A DNA stretch of 64,000 nucleotides, from the NCBI GenBank assembly GCA_002633005.1, contig NMRA01000088.1, positions 917,233 through 981,232 on the forward strand, written 5' to 3'. How positions within the stretch are numbered: position 1 is the first letter of the stretch; every line of letters begins with the position of its first letter. The notes under the pieces are model-generated. The model did no database searches. It was not told where the DNA came from and worked only from the letters and a program-made list of their open reading frames with translations. Positions 36,401 through 50,130 of the stretch are shown here, one piece after another. Origin of the DNA: Phoronis australis (taxonomy: Eukaryota > Animalia > Phoronida). The position numbers and the translations under genes were made by a program.

Positions 36401-39309
36401 TATGCCTGTTTCCACACTTAAATAAACAGTGAGGCATTGACCACACAATCGCATAGGTATTCTGATGTCAGCATTTTGTATAATTGCACCATTCAGTTCT
36501 TCACTAGTACCTGCCCAGAGGCCATTGAAGGGGGCACAAAGGATTGAATGGGGTCTGCAGCCATTGTTGAATAATAATTAAACAGTGCAATATTTATGGT
36601 TGGGATTCCCAACACTTGTCAGGAATTAGTGACGCAGAGAAACACTACATAAGCTTTGATCAATGCCTCGGCTTAAGTGACTCAAATTTCCAGGAGTGAA
36701 AATGCGGTATCAGACTTTCTTCTAGTCGTAACAGTTATCTTTCAATCTTAAAAAAGAACAACTGATTCGAGATTTAGTCGTTCCGCAACCCTCTGCAATA
36801 TCCATTTCAGAAAACGACAGTTCAAGCTTGTTCTGTGCCTTGAGTTCCTCTCATTTCATCTGCAGTCTTTGTTCACCGCATTATTCATTTTAAAATCCAA
36901 GTCGACTCCTGTGCTCCTTAATTGTAAGAAACTTTCAGCCCTGACAATCAATACAGATATTAATGTTTGTAGACGCCACCGTAGCTGCAGAGGGTAAAAC
37001 TTGAATCCAATGAGTTTTACATGAACACTATAATTGCAAGAAATACAGCCAACATCCAAGAAAATTCACGTAGAAAGGATTTTGTAGAACAAAACCAATG
37101 CCTAGCAGCTCTGTATCAACTGAACAAAAGCAAGGCGAAACAAGCCGTTGGCTACAAGAACCTCGATGGCTTGTGAAATTTGGACTGCGTGTAAAAGGCG
37201 ATCAAACATATACAACACGATGCAGTCTATTTGCGGCCACTGTTGACACTGTTCCATTGGGATGATGATGGAATATAAATATAAATATCAAGGAAAATAT
37301 TTCATACAGCGGGTTGTGTAATTAGTTGAGAGGAGGCCTGTCTTGAATGAATGAATGTTTGGCTGGGAATCACTTCCAGAAAGGTATTGCAGTAACAAGG
37401 TGGATGGTGGCGAAACCACACACCAATAACGTCAGAAATGTACTGTGAATAAATAACTCATGAGTTATCTAACAGAATGTGTAACATCATAACCCTGCGC
37501 AGCTGACAAAAATTACTGACACAAGTTATTGAAGGGTGTCACGTGATCAATTCTAACCCAACCTTCCTTTTCCATAATCAAACCACCAGGGGAGCAAATT
37601 CAATGTTACAATTCTCCTTTAAATAGCTATAAATAGGTAAATAAAACAACAAGAATGGATCAACTGAAATTTTCGGATGTAATAACGTTCTTTGTCAACA
37701 GAAACAGAAATAAAGTAAAAACAAACACTATATGACAATTGACATTTAAGATATGGTGTAATGAATATGATACATTTTTGCGTAAAAATTTCAATGATAT
37801 ATTTTAAGAAGTTTTTATGTTCAATCCATGAGGTTCTATTGTATTGAGCTTGTCTATCCAATATTGTTCTCTTTTGAGTCTGTGAGGGGTAATGGGTTAT
37901 ATGAGTTTTTCTATTATTTGTACAGAAAGATCTTGAATATTATTACGTTAAATAGCTAAAAATGAAAATCTAGGCACTTTACTCTCATCAAACCGGTCAC
38001 ACAATATTCCATACCATAACAGGATTACATTACCACTACCGACAAGAACACCAAAGCCACCAGCCACTCAATAAAACACTTCAAAGTATATTGAGGTTGC
38101 CAAACCCTATATGTGACCCAGCTTCACAAAATGAGTCTTAAGTAGGGATTTCTCATTTTTGTAATAGTTATTTTCTTCTGAAAATACAACATTTTCTGAT
38201 CATTTTGATATATGAAACATGTCCTTATCTTAACAAATGGCCGAGTTATTGCCTTTTCTAGTCAGGGAAAGCAAAAATTTATAGCTTACACAAGTCAAGG
38301 AAAATGACAGAGAAAAAGTGCTGATGGTGTCTTTAAAATTTCCATAGCAACCTGCAATTGAGTGCTACATTTTAGACTTATTAGTATGCACAACAACATC
38401 AACAAATAAAAGTAATCAAAAATTAGAAAAAATATTGACCTTATTGCGTAATTTTGGCCAAAAACCAGTGATATTCATGTTGGGAAAGACGAACATCACT
38501 GAAAGGCAATGGGAGCGTTTCTTTCAAGAAAAACAAGATCACACAAAAAATCTCAAAACTGAATTATAAACGCTTAGGAGTTTACTCGCGTATCCAAACA
38601 AAATGGCAGCCACAGAAGTAACTTGTTGATGAGGAGGGATTGATTCACCATTTCCATTCCAAAAGCGAAGGTTGTTTGCCACCACAAGTGCAAGCTAATG
38701 TCTAGCGGTCTACAAAACGCAGCCCCGTTATATCCCTGTCAGGGGCTGGGCGAAAAAAAGGTAGAAATATGGAAGACACGAGATTGTAAATTCAATTCGA
38801 AGACCACCCTTCGATGCCGAGTCATCTAGAGGTTAGAGTGCTGAATTGACAATTGAAAGGTCTAAGCTTCAAACCCCAACATGCACCAGGAAAAATAGAA
38901 TTCAAGTGTCCAACATGAGCCATCATCCAACTGTGTACCACGAAAAAGTACAGAAAACTGCTAACCACTGACCACCTTGAGTGTACCAGACACCCATGCT
39001 CGGTCTTCTGAGAATGCTGCAACACCTGAAGGTGGCCGGAGAAGTGACTGACCAAAATGTCACACCAATCTAAATAGGCTAGAGGTCGATGTAAATAGAA
39101 TAGATTTTAGAAAACCTGTTACTACATCACCACTTCAATGCGATTTTAAGAACACAGCAGTTAACAGTAGCTTTAGTTTCAGTTTCATCAAGAAAATGTG
39201 TAAGTAGGTCAGATTGCGGACAATCATATAGTGTCTCAACGAAAATGTCACGGAATCGTCAATGACTTAGCAATTGAATTTGCATGGAAAAATAGGATAT
39301 CATACTCAC

Positions 39310-39523
39310 CATGTCTGTTGCACTCTCGCTGGTGGCCGGCGTCCGTTCCTCTGACTCCGGCTGCGACTGGTCGGTCTGGGGGAAGGAGCCACGGGCGACG
39401 ACCAACTCGACCAATCCACGCGCCTGTTGCAAGATGCGTATGGCCTGCTGGTGCGAGATGTTAGCGTCCAGCACTTGTCCATCTATGGCCAGGATCTGAT
39501 CACTCTCCTGCAGCCGGCCATCT
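39310..39523 (-). CDS. MPDZ: MPDZ/PATJ exon: C-half of PDZ1 ([16 protein letters not shown]...VELVVARG) plus linker to ...ATDM
   Basis: Acceptor ttttgtttcag, donor ATG|gtgagt; 214 nt, phase 2 to 0. Confidence 0.92.
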
Positions 39524-42500
39524 CTGAAACAAAACATGATCATAAAAATTGAAACACAAAACCAACAGGACAGAGAAACACATTTGTTGTACACCAATGT
39601 GCACTCGATTACCTAGACAGATTCAACTGTCTGTTTTATACAGGAGAACACAGATCACAGTAACTGTCAGAGTCTGTTGTCTGGAAGTAACATGACAGAG
39701 TATGTCACAAATCCTCTGCTACACTAAGTCATGTTCACACTGTTACTTGTCCTGGATCAAGTTGCCCCCGTTCAGCTGAGCGACCTCACCACACAACCTA
39801 CACCTAGGCACAAGTAAGGCATCAACACGATTAGATACCGGAAAGTATGGAACTGAAAAAGTGCGCAGCTAGATATTTATTTCCTCGTATGAAAGTTTGT
39901 ATTCCTACTACAGCTTGCAATGGGGCGAGTTACCCCAGAACAAAATACCCAATCTCGGTAAGGTAAGGTAAGTCATCACAGGCGAGTCAAGTTGCCCCAA
40001 CCCCAACAGCATCTGCACAACCACTAAACGTAGCGACAACCAGTTGTGAGTAATTCACAGTATGGACACGGTGCTCTGGTATAAAGAGATTCACCTGCAT
40101 GCATAGAAAATCCCAAATTATACGATATTTGAGTGTTTAACCGTGATGGCATTGTGGCAACAAGGGTGGATAATACAAACAAAACGGTGAGAAGCCATGG
40201 GTACCCACACATCCTGTCTAACATTTGTTCCTCCTTAGAAGAGAGAACAAAACAAGTCATGATGCCACTGAGTAGTGAGAAAGTTTGTTTTTTGTAATTG
40301 TTTATAAATGATAACAAATACCTGAAACAAACTGCTGATTCCTTACAGTAAAGCATGTCCCAAAACGGGATTCAATTTCACGACCATGTATAAGCGGGAC
40401 CAACAACTGGAATAGGGGACTTTTCATAATGACGCTGCCTGAAGAAACGAGAGCACGAAAGTGACTTGCGATTGATTGATCCCGACTCAGAACTGATGGA
40501 CAGAAATTCTATTACTACGCAGTGGTTCATTAAATTAAAAGCAGAGAAATAAATCCCACTGTCAGCCTCTCCCAATGTTTGATTAGTTCAACTTCACTAA
40601 TTTATTTTAGTTCCTTGACAAAGGCTAGGATCAAAATTCCCCCGCTTTATCAGCTGCACACTGGCTTCGTCGTAGATATTTCTTCATAGTGAGAAACGTA
40701 TGGAACATTATGTCCTTGTTCATCCACTGATATTTCAAAAAGTTTTTTTTTCGTAAGACATTAGTTCATCCCACCACATAGCAGTGGAAATTTGCAAGCA
40801 GTATGATAGCAAGAAATGCGTTAAAATACTATCAATACCAGTAGGTTGAAACCTAACATCCGCATTACATGGCATCTATAGGTGGCGCTGAACGCCTGTC
40901 CACCAAAGACCTGATCGCCGTCTGGCGGATTAGTGAATTTCAATATGGCAGGACTCATCACGCCACAAGTGATAGCCAAGATGGCTCACATCAGAGAAAG
41001 CAGGCAAAAATTTTCAGGCAGTGCTACCCCGTAGACAAACTTGCTCAAACACAAGCGTTTCTGCACACACTTTAGCTAGTAGCAAAAATGCCAGTAATGC
41101 AAACCTTACAAGCATCAATTTTACTGGCGCTTTGAGCTGTCCCAAAACTGCTGACATTTTTGCTAACAATTTTTGTAGCTAGCCTGCTTACTTTAAACGA
41201 CACACATTCACAAGGGTAAGGGGGCCCTTTGTTTATTGTCGCAATAATCAATCTATGGTAAAGAGTGAACGTGGTTTGTAAACATCAATTTCCGCATAAA
41301 AGCAATGCAGGTGGTGAGAAAACAAAATAACTGCTGGCAAAAATAACCCCTTCGCCTGTCCGGCTGCATGCTTGCGTTTTCACTAGCGTTTTAAAAAGCG
41401 AAACTCCTAGGGTTTTCTTCAGTCATGTGAACCTAATACAACAGCACGAGAATCTGCAATAGGGGCTGTGAGAATATGATGCCCGACACTTTACCCCTTG
41501 AGAGAATTGCTTCTTTGTAGCTCATTAGGTGTTCTAAACAACTTGATAAATGACCTCCAGAAGCCTAGTCCTGCCTCATTAGAACAAATAAGCAACATTT
41601 ACATTTTTCTCATTTGTGCAAACCAGATGACATTGATTAAAACCGGTGTAACAGTTACTATTTTCACACGAGTGGAGAAAATCACAGCTGTCGCTCACAG
41701 GTAAAAAATTTGCATTTTAACCAGGAGCAGTTGCCAAACCTTAGAAAACATTTTCACCAGCGGATTTACCATATTTTTCTCGCCACCTGAGTCAACTTTA
41801 AGCCAGAAGTTCTATTTTCAGTTGGGTAGTAAACCTTATTAAGGGTATGTAAGACATTTTTGGCAAGTCTATGCATTATGTTCAATAAAACTATAGAATT
41901 TAACAAAGTGAAAATATTCTCTAAAAACGCAAGGCCTGTAAAATTCGATTTCGACTTTATCTGCCAGTAATTTGGTCGTGTGACCACGCATTTTTAGTAA
42001 AATTTGGTAAACAGAAAGGTAGAGCCACAGCAAAACAATGGTAGCAAAAGTTTCGGTTTGGTATAAATATTCGTGATGAAATATCAAAAACGCCGATGCA
42101 GTTTTCTGAATTATCATTTCGTATTCGTTTTAATTAGCTTTTGATTGTTTTTGATAAAAAATCGACTTATTTCTTGATAGCCACTCGTGCTCAAGTAAAA
42201 CACTTTAAAAACAATTCCAGCATTTTGGAGAACATAGCACAAAGCACAGTATTTGAAAGTTTCACATACATTCAATTTGGCATTTCCGAGATATGATGTT
42301 CCGAATTTAGCAAAATTTAGACATTTTTCTAGGGAGCCATGTACAATCTTTATACAATGATGAACAAAGATCTCTTCCCTTGCGCAGCACGTGTGTCATT
42401 CGAAGTAAGCAGACTTGCCAAAAATGGGCTAACGAAAACACCAGCAGTTTTAGGGCAAGTCAAACTGTCAGCAAAAATGACTCATGCAACCGTGAACATC

Positions 42501-43401
42501 GCCGGCGTTTTCGCTACTGAGTAAAAGTGAGATCAAAAACGATAGCGTGGTAGCCAGACAGGGAGATCAAGGTAAGCGTTCCTATTACAAAACTACTGGG
42601 AAAACAACAAGGTCTTTAAATGTGAGAAAAACTTAGAATTTACCCATTTACGACTTTGAATTCTCCATTCCAGTCTGATGTAGGGATAGAATACTCGGTC
42701 TAAATTCTTTAAATGTACAACACACATCTATCATCATCCACTGCCTTTCACAAAATGAGGGCTTGAGAAATTAGCAATAGTGATCAAAGACACAGCTATT
42801 CAAGCCCTGCCTCTCTAGTGGATTATGGTGCCCATATTGGTGTAAGCACATTTCCAAACAATTCACAAACCTGTTAATGTGGGTCATTTAACCTATACTG
42901 GACATTCCCTTTCATTCACAGGCTGTATTCAAAAATAGTAACCTCAGTGTTCAATAAAGCCAGCCAACAGCATGAAGTGGATATGTTGGTCACAAACAGA
43001 CATCGTGAAAGCGACTCGAAACTTAGACAGAAATTTGGTCTTGTGCTCCCACTGCACAATTGTTGAAAAACAGTTTAGCAAAATAATTACGAGTGCATCA
43101 CAGTCTGGAGGTAATTTATAGAAATTATCATAAGATTATCATAGTAATTAGCAGTTATGTGTATATTCACAAAGATTTTGCACTCTCACTCACGTGTGAC
43201 CTAATTATTTTCTGTAATAGTTGCATGGACTGCAAGATCAAATTTCTTACTAAAATCTCGAGTCACTTTTTGTAAAACAGGCGCTATTATAGCAAAATGT
43301 GTTCGATTTTGACTAAAAGCATTTGGAACGAATATCATTTTCCTCTTTTTCAAACACCTGTTTTTTGTAAACTCAAAATTTTGCCATACACCATAAATAT
43401 C

Positions 43402-43477
43402 GCTGATAATGAAATAAGCTTTCAATAGACACGTTGTCTTAACATTGCTGATAATGAAATAAGCTTTAAATAGATAC
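43402..43477. repeat. Short direct repeat, 45-bp period
   Basis: GCTGATAATGAAATAAGCTTT.AATAGA.AC twice. Confidence 0.8.
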
Positions 43478-43699
43478 TTCCTCCGCAATCAGTTTTAGGC
43501 CAAAAGCCAAGAAAAAAGCATTTTTGGGATTAGCATTAGATAGACTTCTGTAAGTCAACAGAGTGGCAAAACAGCAAAACCAATTTTGTTTTTACGATGC
43601 CAATTTTGATGTTGGCTTTCTTCCAGCTTTTTGGTAGACTTAAATGAAACCGAGAAGAATGAACTTATCAATTTTATTATTTCCACCACTATATTCCTG

Positions 43700-44130
43700 G
43701 TTAAGGTTATTATGGACCTAATTGACAGGTCTCGGTATTTTGCCAAATATCTACAAAACTATAAAATTTAACTTGTCAACAGCATACATTTTCGGAAAAT
43801 ACAAATTCCCCAGAATTTTTCACCATACACAAATTTGCCTCCAATTTGGTCACAAAGGTACATTCATAGCAAAACAACAGGACCAAATCCCAAAAACGTT
43901 GTAACAGTTTTCTAAATTATCGTCTCGTTTTCGTTCAACGCATCTCAAAACGTGTTTCATAAAAGTCATATAAGCCCTTTTTTTGATAGCCCTCAAGCAA
44001 AATTCGAACGTTTTAAAACAATTCCTAATAGCGTATTTGAGAACAGCGTATAAAGCGTATTATATTGTGCGAATCCAACAGGTCATTTCTGAGATATGAT
44101 GACTGGATATTTTTCTACTAGAGTCCTACA
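43700..44130 (+). repeat. Diverged AT-rich dispersed repeat family; related copies at ~41830-42345 (+) and ~55600-56100 (-)
   Basis: Shared blocks such as AAAACTATA(A/G)AATTTAAC and ATTTC(C/T)GAGATATGATG; boundaries approximate. Confidence 0.55.
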
Positions 44131-44823
44131 AAACCTTAAAGTGAAAAAGACTGCATTACGGCAAATATATTCAGCTCTGTTGATGAGATCTGAAAAATGA
44201 AATGTAGGAACTATGGTATGGCAATGAAACGAACAATTGGGAGGGGTCGTCTAACAGCAAAGAAGCAAAAACACTGTGCTACAAATTTCACATGAGATTC
44301 TTCTTCACGCTTCGCAAGCTTGTCAGCAACAATAGTCTCACCTACAGCCAGAGATAATCCCTCAGCAGATCAAATTATTGGCAAATCGCAAAAGGCAGCC
44401 AGACAAGTGCAGAGTTCTTATCAAGTCTAATGCCTAGCATAATTACAACCTTACTGATTACCAACTCTCAGCCTTCACAGAGTCATTATTGATTGCTTGT
44501 ATTTTTACCAAACATGCAATAAAGTGCAAAGATAGCAACAAATGACAGGCATTTTCTAATCCGCATTTCAAAAAAAATCAACCTGTGAATTTCAAACACC
44601 TCAGACTAAACGATAGCAGATACAAATCCACTTCTAGAATCTTCTTTGGAACCGAGGTAGAAAAACGCGCGCTATGATTGACCTAATTTTCTTAGCTAAG
44701 TCAGACAAGTGAACGAATTGTCCCGCCTCGCTCCACATTTTAGATATTTGATGGCCGCACTGCACTTCATCGTGCAACAGTAACACTTTTCCTATTAGCG
44801 GCATGACTGTACCTTATGAGGCC

Positions 44824-44877
44824 TTAGGTTAGACTAGGTTTAGGGTTAGGGTTAGGGTTGAGATTAGGGTTGGAGTT
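44824..44877 (+). repeat. Interstitial telomere-like tract, (TTAGGG)3 with degenerate flanking units
   Basis: TTAGGGTTAGGGTTAGGG at 44840-44857. Confidence 0.75.
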
Positions 44878-47800
44878 ACCGTAGGCAACTGAGACTTCAC
44901 ATGCATTTCGTATTTGGTACAACACTGCACCTTACTTCACTTTTCTGGCATTAAAATGGCAAATGGTAAACCAATTATGGGGTAAAATGGTCATGACCAC
45001 GTGTACTGCACAGAGAGGGCACTAAAGTTTGGAAGTGACTACCTCGCCTCTGAGTCTCAGCCTTTTATTCATTTATTGTATCAAACGTCCACACTAGAAG
45101 AGATCTGATTGTCCAACAAAGCTGTTTTCTTACACACCGGGAATTTTCAAAAATAGGCCCATGGACAGATATTTGGAAACTTCCTTTCAAAAGCATCAAA
45201 TGAAACAGAGTATACGCCCAGGCGTATTTTCGGAAAAGAGAGCATATTTTCTGAAACTGTGTCATTGTACCTGTCCTTTGTATTGCGCTAATACAATTAG
45301 TTACCAAAATTTCACCCAATATCTTGTTAAGTGATAGTCATATGATTGAAATCATGATCAGAAAATACATTTTAACAAAATATACATTTTACATCAATAC
45401 CTCCTGCATATGCATTTTAGAGCAATCCGTCAGAATTTCAAAACATGCAAACAGTATGCTCGTAAGGGCACTTTTTCAGACATTCTCGGTATTAACTTCA
45501 GTTCAAATTTAATGCAAGGCAAACAAGTAGCAATTTAGCTGGAAGATTTCCATGGATGGAGCACAGAAATGCTCATTTTGAGTTTGTTAATGGCCTTATA
45601 AATTGTATTTAACTTCTTAGTTTTGCCATGATCAAGATTCAAAACTTAATTCATGCAAAAATACACTTTATGAGACAGAAATTTTAGGTTTACGCAAACA
45701 ACGAATGGCGCCTACACCAACATAAGTAAATGGCAGGGCGTTGTCGAAGAGGATTATAACTGGGTCTAGCAACTGTGTTAATTCCACAATCGTAAACAAG
45801 ACCAGCTCAGATGATAAATCGTCAATGATCACCGTGGAAACGGAATTTCCATTTATCACCTACAATCTTTGCGTGCGTGCGACAGCAACATTCTACACTA
45901 TCAGGCATTAAAACATAATGACCCTGATAATTATATCTGGGTCATCAGCCATTCAACAACGTCTTACAAGTGTTTTGAATTAAGCGCCAATGACAGGAAG
46001 CTGTTGTGCGTGTCCGTTTCGGATCAACAGACGAAGACGAACCACTCAGTTAAACTTGACTGACAACTTAGCCAGCAACGAGCTGTTAACTCTGACAGCC
46101 ATCTGATGAATTGACAGGCTGAAATTGAAATTCTACTTATTTTTGGAATCGTCACTTGACAATCGCATCTATCATAAAATGACAATTACATGCGTTGGCA
46201 TTTCCTCAAAATATAAAAGGTCCACAACACAAGTTTAATGTAGTCGCACACAACTGTTTATCAATAGTAGACAAAAAATGATATTCAAAACAAGCTACAG
46301 TGCACGTCATAAATTCATGCAACTACCCTAGAACCACCTCACGAAAAGTGACACGTATGTAGCGAACATAAATTTAATCAAAACGAGCTTCAGAATAACG
46401 AAGGTAGGCTTTGAAAATCACTCCGAGTGAAAACACGAAATCACAGTGTTTTCTCAAGTACAAACAAGAAATACTCACCAACTTTTGGATAAAATGCACG
46501 CCAACCCAACAAGATGCTGACTCTCTTATGGACAACACTCAACATGAAGTAATGAGACTTCTAACCTGAATATCATGAACGACTATACGAGCTTGGAAGA
46601 GAGCCAATGCAAAATTCTAAAAATTGCCTGATCACCACTATCATAACACATCTTTTACTAGGAATACAAAATTGCCGATTATGATACAGAAAAACACGTG
46701 TAAAATTATTCATTAAAAATTAACTATACCTGCTCTACCACCTGCAACTTTGGCCTATTTCTTATTGTTGATGTCCTCAAACTATGAATGGCTGGAGGGT
46801 AGCTAGGCTATAAATTTGGCCATAACTTCCTGTGCATGCAAAGCAGCACACTGGTTTGAAGACGCCACCAGTCATTTGCCCACCTGATGTGGTGCAGAAC
46901 TCCCAGCACGAACGCGCATCAGAAATGGAGTCTTAAAAACAACATTACTTTGCACCATTGCTTCACTCAGTGAACCGTCAAGAACATTTATAAATAAATT
47001 CCACCTTTGTCAACCCAGATTCCACACCTGAGCCAGTAGTATCATCTTACATGGCCACCTACTGTTGCTACGGCAACCAAGTGAGCTTAATAATGAAGAC
47101 ACAGCCATAATCCAATTGGCGAAATATTCTTAATTGTAGAAAAAAATCCTAAACATTTCTGATCATGTTTGAAGTATTTGATGAATAAAAGCAATTCTTA
47201 CAAAATTATTGAAATGCTCAGATTTTATATTTTAACAGCTAAAACCCAAAAGGTGTTACTATAAATCGTTGGCCTTATTTTTCAGCCACACAAAAATCAT
47301 CAAATAAAAAACACTGAGACAACATAAAACCAAAATGTAGTAAATGACGTACTTCACAATTCCTACTGTCGCTGTGAATTAGTGTAATCAGTCGGGAAAG
47401 GCAAAAACGGGGAGATTGTAAAAGTCAAGTATACCGGCACTTCAGGGGTATTGAATTTGCTTTAATCAGGACAGATGCAGTCGACTTTCTGCTAGTTGAG
47501 GGTTCGATAATTACGACCGAGTGAACGTCATCTTGGACGATAACGAGTACCTGTTAAAGCGAGGTAACATATGTATAGAACAGGTTTTGTTTTAAGGTAT
47601 GATTAGATCAACAGTGTGGTTGGTCTCACGCTTCCAATATGTCAGAAAAAAACAACAGAGGAGCGTTTAGGTTTCCTGGGCCGCAAGTCGAAACCAATTT
47701 GAATAAAGGATGACAGATGTGATTGTCACGAGACGCCAAGCAAATTCGTTACAAAAATTGGATACGTTCGGACACGTTTTCAAAAAAAAGAACTGCTAAA

Positions 47801-49954
47801 AATGATGCGTACAGATGTTTTTTCTTTAAACAGTGACGTAGAGACTGAGAATAAGTCCAGCAAGGAACAGAACAAACCTTGCTACTGTTTTGGCCTAATA
47901 ATGGTTAACAAAAAATGGCAGAATTCGATGAGCCCCAGACAAAACAAACTTCAACCCATCAATACAATATACACTGAAAGTAATCAACAAAATCCACATT
48001 TTCCCGTCATGACAGCTCATTCCATTTACAGAATTAAAGTTCGGCAGTGACTCATCTCGTTGCCAAAATCCCGACTATTGAAAGCACCTTCCCCTTGTGA
48101 ATTTTCCGGTGAAATTCACATCATTTCCAGCCAGGAGGGACAGCTACTCAGGGTTTTGAAATGAGAGGACAGTAAGACACCAAATGTGCTAGAACTTTGT
48201 ATTTTAGCTCCTAAATAAGACCTATTTTTGCACCTTCAAAATAAGTTACTCACAAGAACCTCGGAGTTTAATAACGCATGTCCCAACCAGACTGAATGCA
48301 TTCGCAAAAGAAACGTTCACTCTAACACTTGCGAACGATTATGATAAGATTAAACATACTCTTATTTGAAAGTCACTTTCTCATTGGCTAACTGTGCATT
48401 AAAAGGACCCTCGCCAAGAGAAGAATGAAAAGAGTGCGCAACTTGTTAAAGTTCAGTTCAGAAACTTTTTCAATAGTACTTAAGAGCATAAATATTTGTG
48501 GATTTAACTTTTCCTTTGTAAATCAACATTCATGTTATTCATTATCATAATGACACTGTTGACATTACTTCACAATAATGGTGCCGCCCACACACAGACT
48601 TACCCTAGAACAAGTTACTCCTGGAACGAGTGGTCGCTAGGTTTGGAAGCTGTGTGGACGCTATTTAAAATAGTGAAACTAGTGCTCCATTGTGACAACT
48701 TACTCCATCTTATCGAGGTGAGGTAACTTGTCTTAGGGTAATTTGCGCCACTTCTAATCGCTGTGTGGCCGCAAACCTGGGTCAAGGTGGAAGTAATTAT
48801 CAGCTGCATTAACACAGAGTGGTATTCTTTTGCACACCATACTCACGATAAGTGTTCATTGTCACACACAGAGTAACACCTTCTGGCTTGCCCTAGGTAT
48901 CAGGTACGGTTATGTATGCCTGTGTGGGCGCTCCACTTTTAAAAGTGGCATAAGTTGTATTAGTGCTAGGGTAGGTTGTGTGTGGACGGGACTTATGATC
49001 TCCAATATAACTCGATTTTCAAGAAAAATGACCCGTGTAGTTCAGCCATTTGATCAGTCACCCAAACAAATATTGCCGCAAGGTTACGGTTAATTTGCAT
49101 GAAATCTGAACAACAACTGCCAAAACTTGTTTTTCAAAAGCTTACTGCACAGTTAAAAATGCTAAAAATTTATCTTGTTTATTGGTGACACCTGTGCAAT
49201 ATCAACTGAGGAAGTAATGAGGCAGTTTTGTTTTCGTTTATTTCCTTGAAAAGTTTGAGAAAATAAAATTTCACTGTTCAGTCATACTGCGTTCTAAATT
49301 GAAATTCTGTACATTTTTTTCGGGAAGGATGTTAAAATCGAACATAAATGAAATGAATAATCACCAATGAAATCGAAGTTCTGACAAATATTGAAGTACA
49401 GATCAATTTGTTAATTTTACTGCTTCTTGACGTTTCGACTTTTAAAGCTATAACATGGTAAAATTTGCTTCAGTTTTCCAAAAGTAATTTTGAACTTTGT
49501 AACTGTAACAGTGAATTTCACTTGCTTTCAGCCATCATGACAGAGAATTTCAGGGGGCATGTTTCATGAAAAGACTTGAAGTGGACCTTGCAGGCCAATT
49601 TCTTAGCTCCGATTGCTAGACCGAAATAGTTACAAAAACAACATACAGCATGAAGTAGGTTCAAAATTGCTAAATGTTTTTAAGAACTAATTTTGTGGCG
49701 AAACTGATACCCGCAAATCACTGAACCGTGTGCAGTAACTATCATGACGTGGTGCTGGGGATTAACACTGCACTATGAGGGCTATGTGAGCAGAGAGGTA
49801 CGTCATTAATGCACAGGTCACATTTACAAGTTGTCAATTAATACAACTGCACTTTGTTTAGCGTAGATTATGTTAAAATAGCATTGCTGTTTAGCTCCTA
49901 TTATACATTGGTGAAGTTAGGAACAGGGAAATACATCTCCAAGAGAGAAGGAAA

Positions 49955-50130
49955 CAGTGTAGCCTAGTGTCAGAAGTACCCGAAGCGTCCGAAGGTCGTT
50001 GGTTCGAATACCACTTGGGTCACACTGCTAGACCCTTGCGTCAGGTCTATAACTCCTGCTCAGTTTAAACTCCATATTAATAAAAATGGTTCCAAGTGAT
50101 CAGTCCAATGGGCCCACATTAGAGGCCTGC
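49955..50130 (+). mobile_element. Degenerate tRNA-derived SINE
   Basis: A-box-like TAGCCTAGTG at 49960 and B-box GGTTCGAATAC at 50001, then a SINE-body-like CCTTG...CTCAG...AAATGG sequence; no intact cloverleaf. Confidence 0.6.

Larger units (their letters stand above)
395..39523 (-). other. MPDZ: Internal part of a multi-PDZ scaffold gene (MPDZ/MUPP1-PATJ family), 16 exons, PDZ1 C-half to PDZ6; gene extends beyond both ends of this span
   Basis: Sixteen GT-AG exons join in one open frame. The PDZ motifs [27 protein letters not shown] and GLGFSILDYQDP appear in the MPDZ/PATJ order. [23 protein letters not shown] is typical of PATJ PDZ2. Confidence 0.93.

Noticed and set aside
49955-50020. 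Possible tRNA gene
   Set aside because: A and B boxes are present but there are no consistent acceptor or anticodon stems. The downstream sequence fits a SINE.
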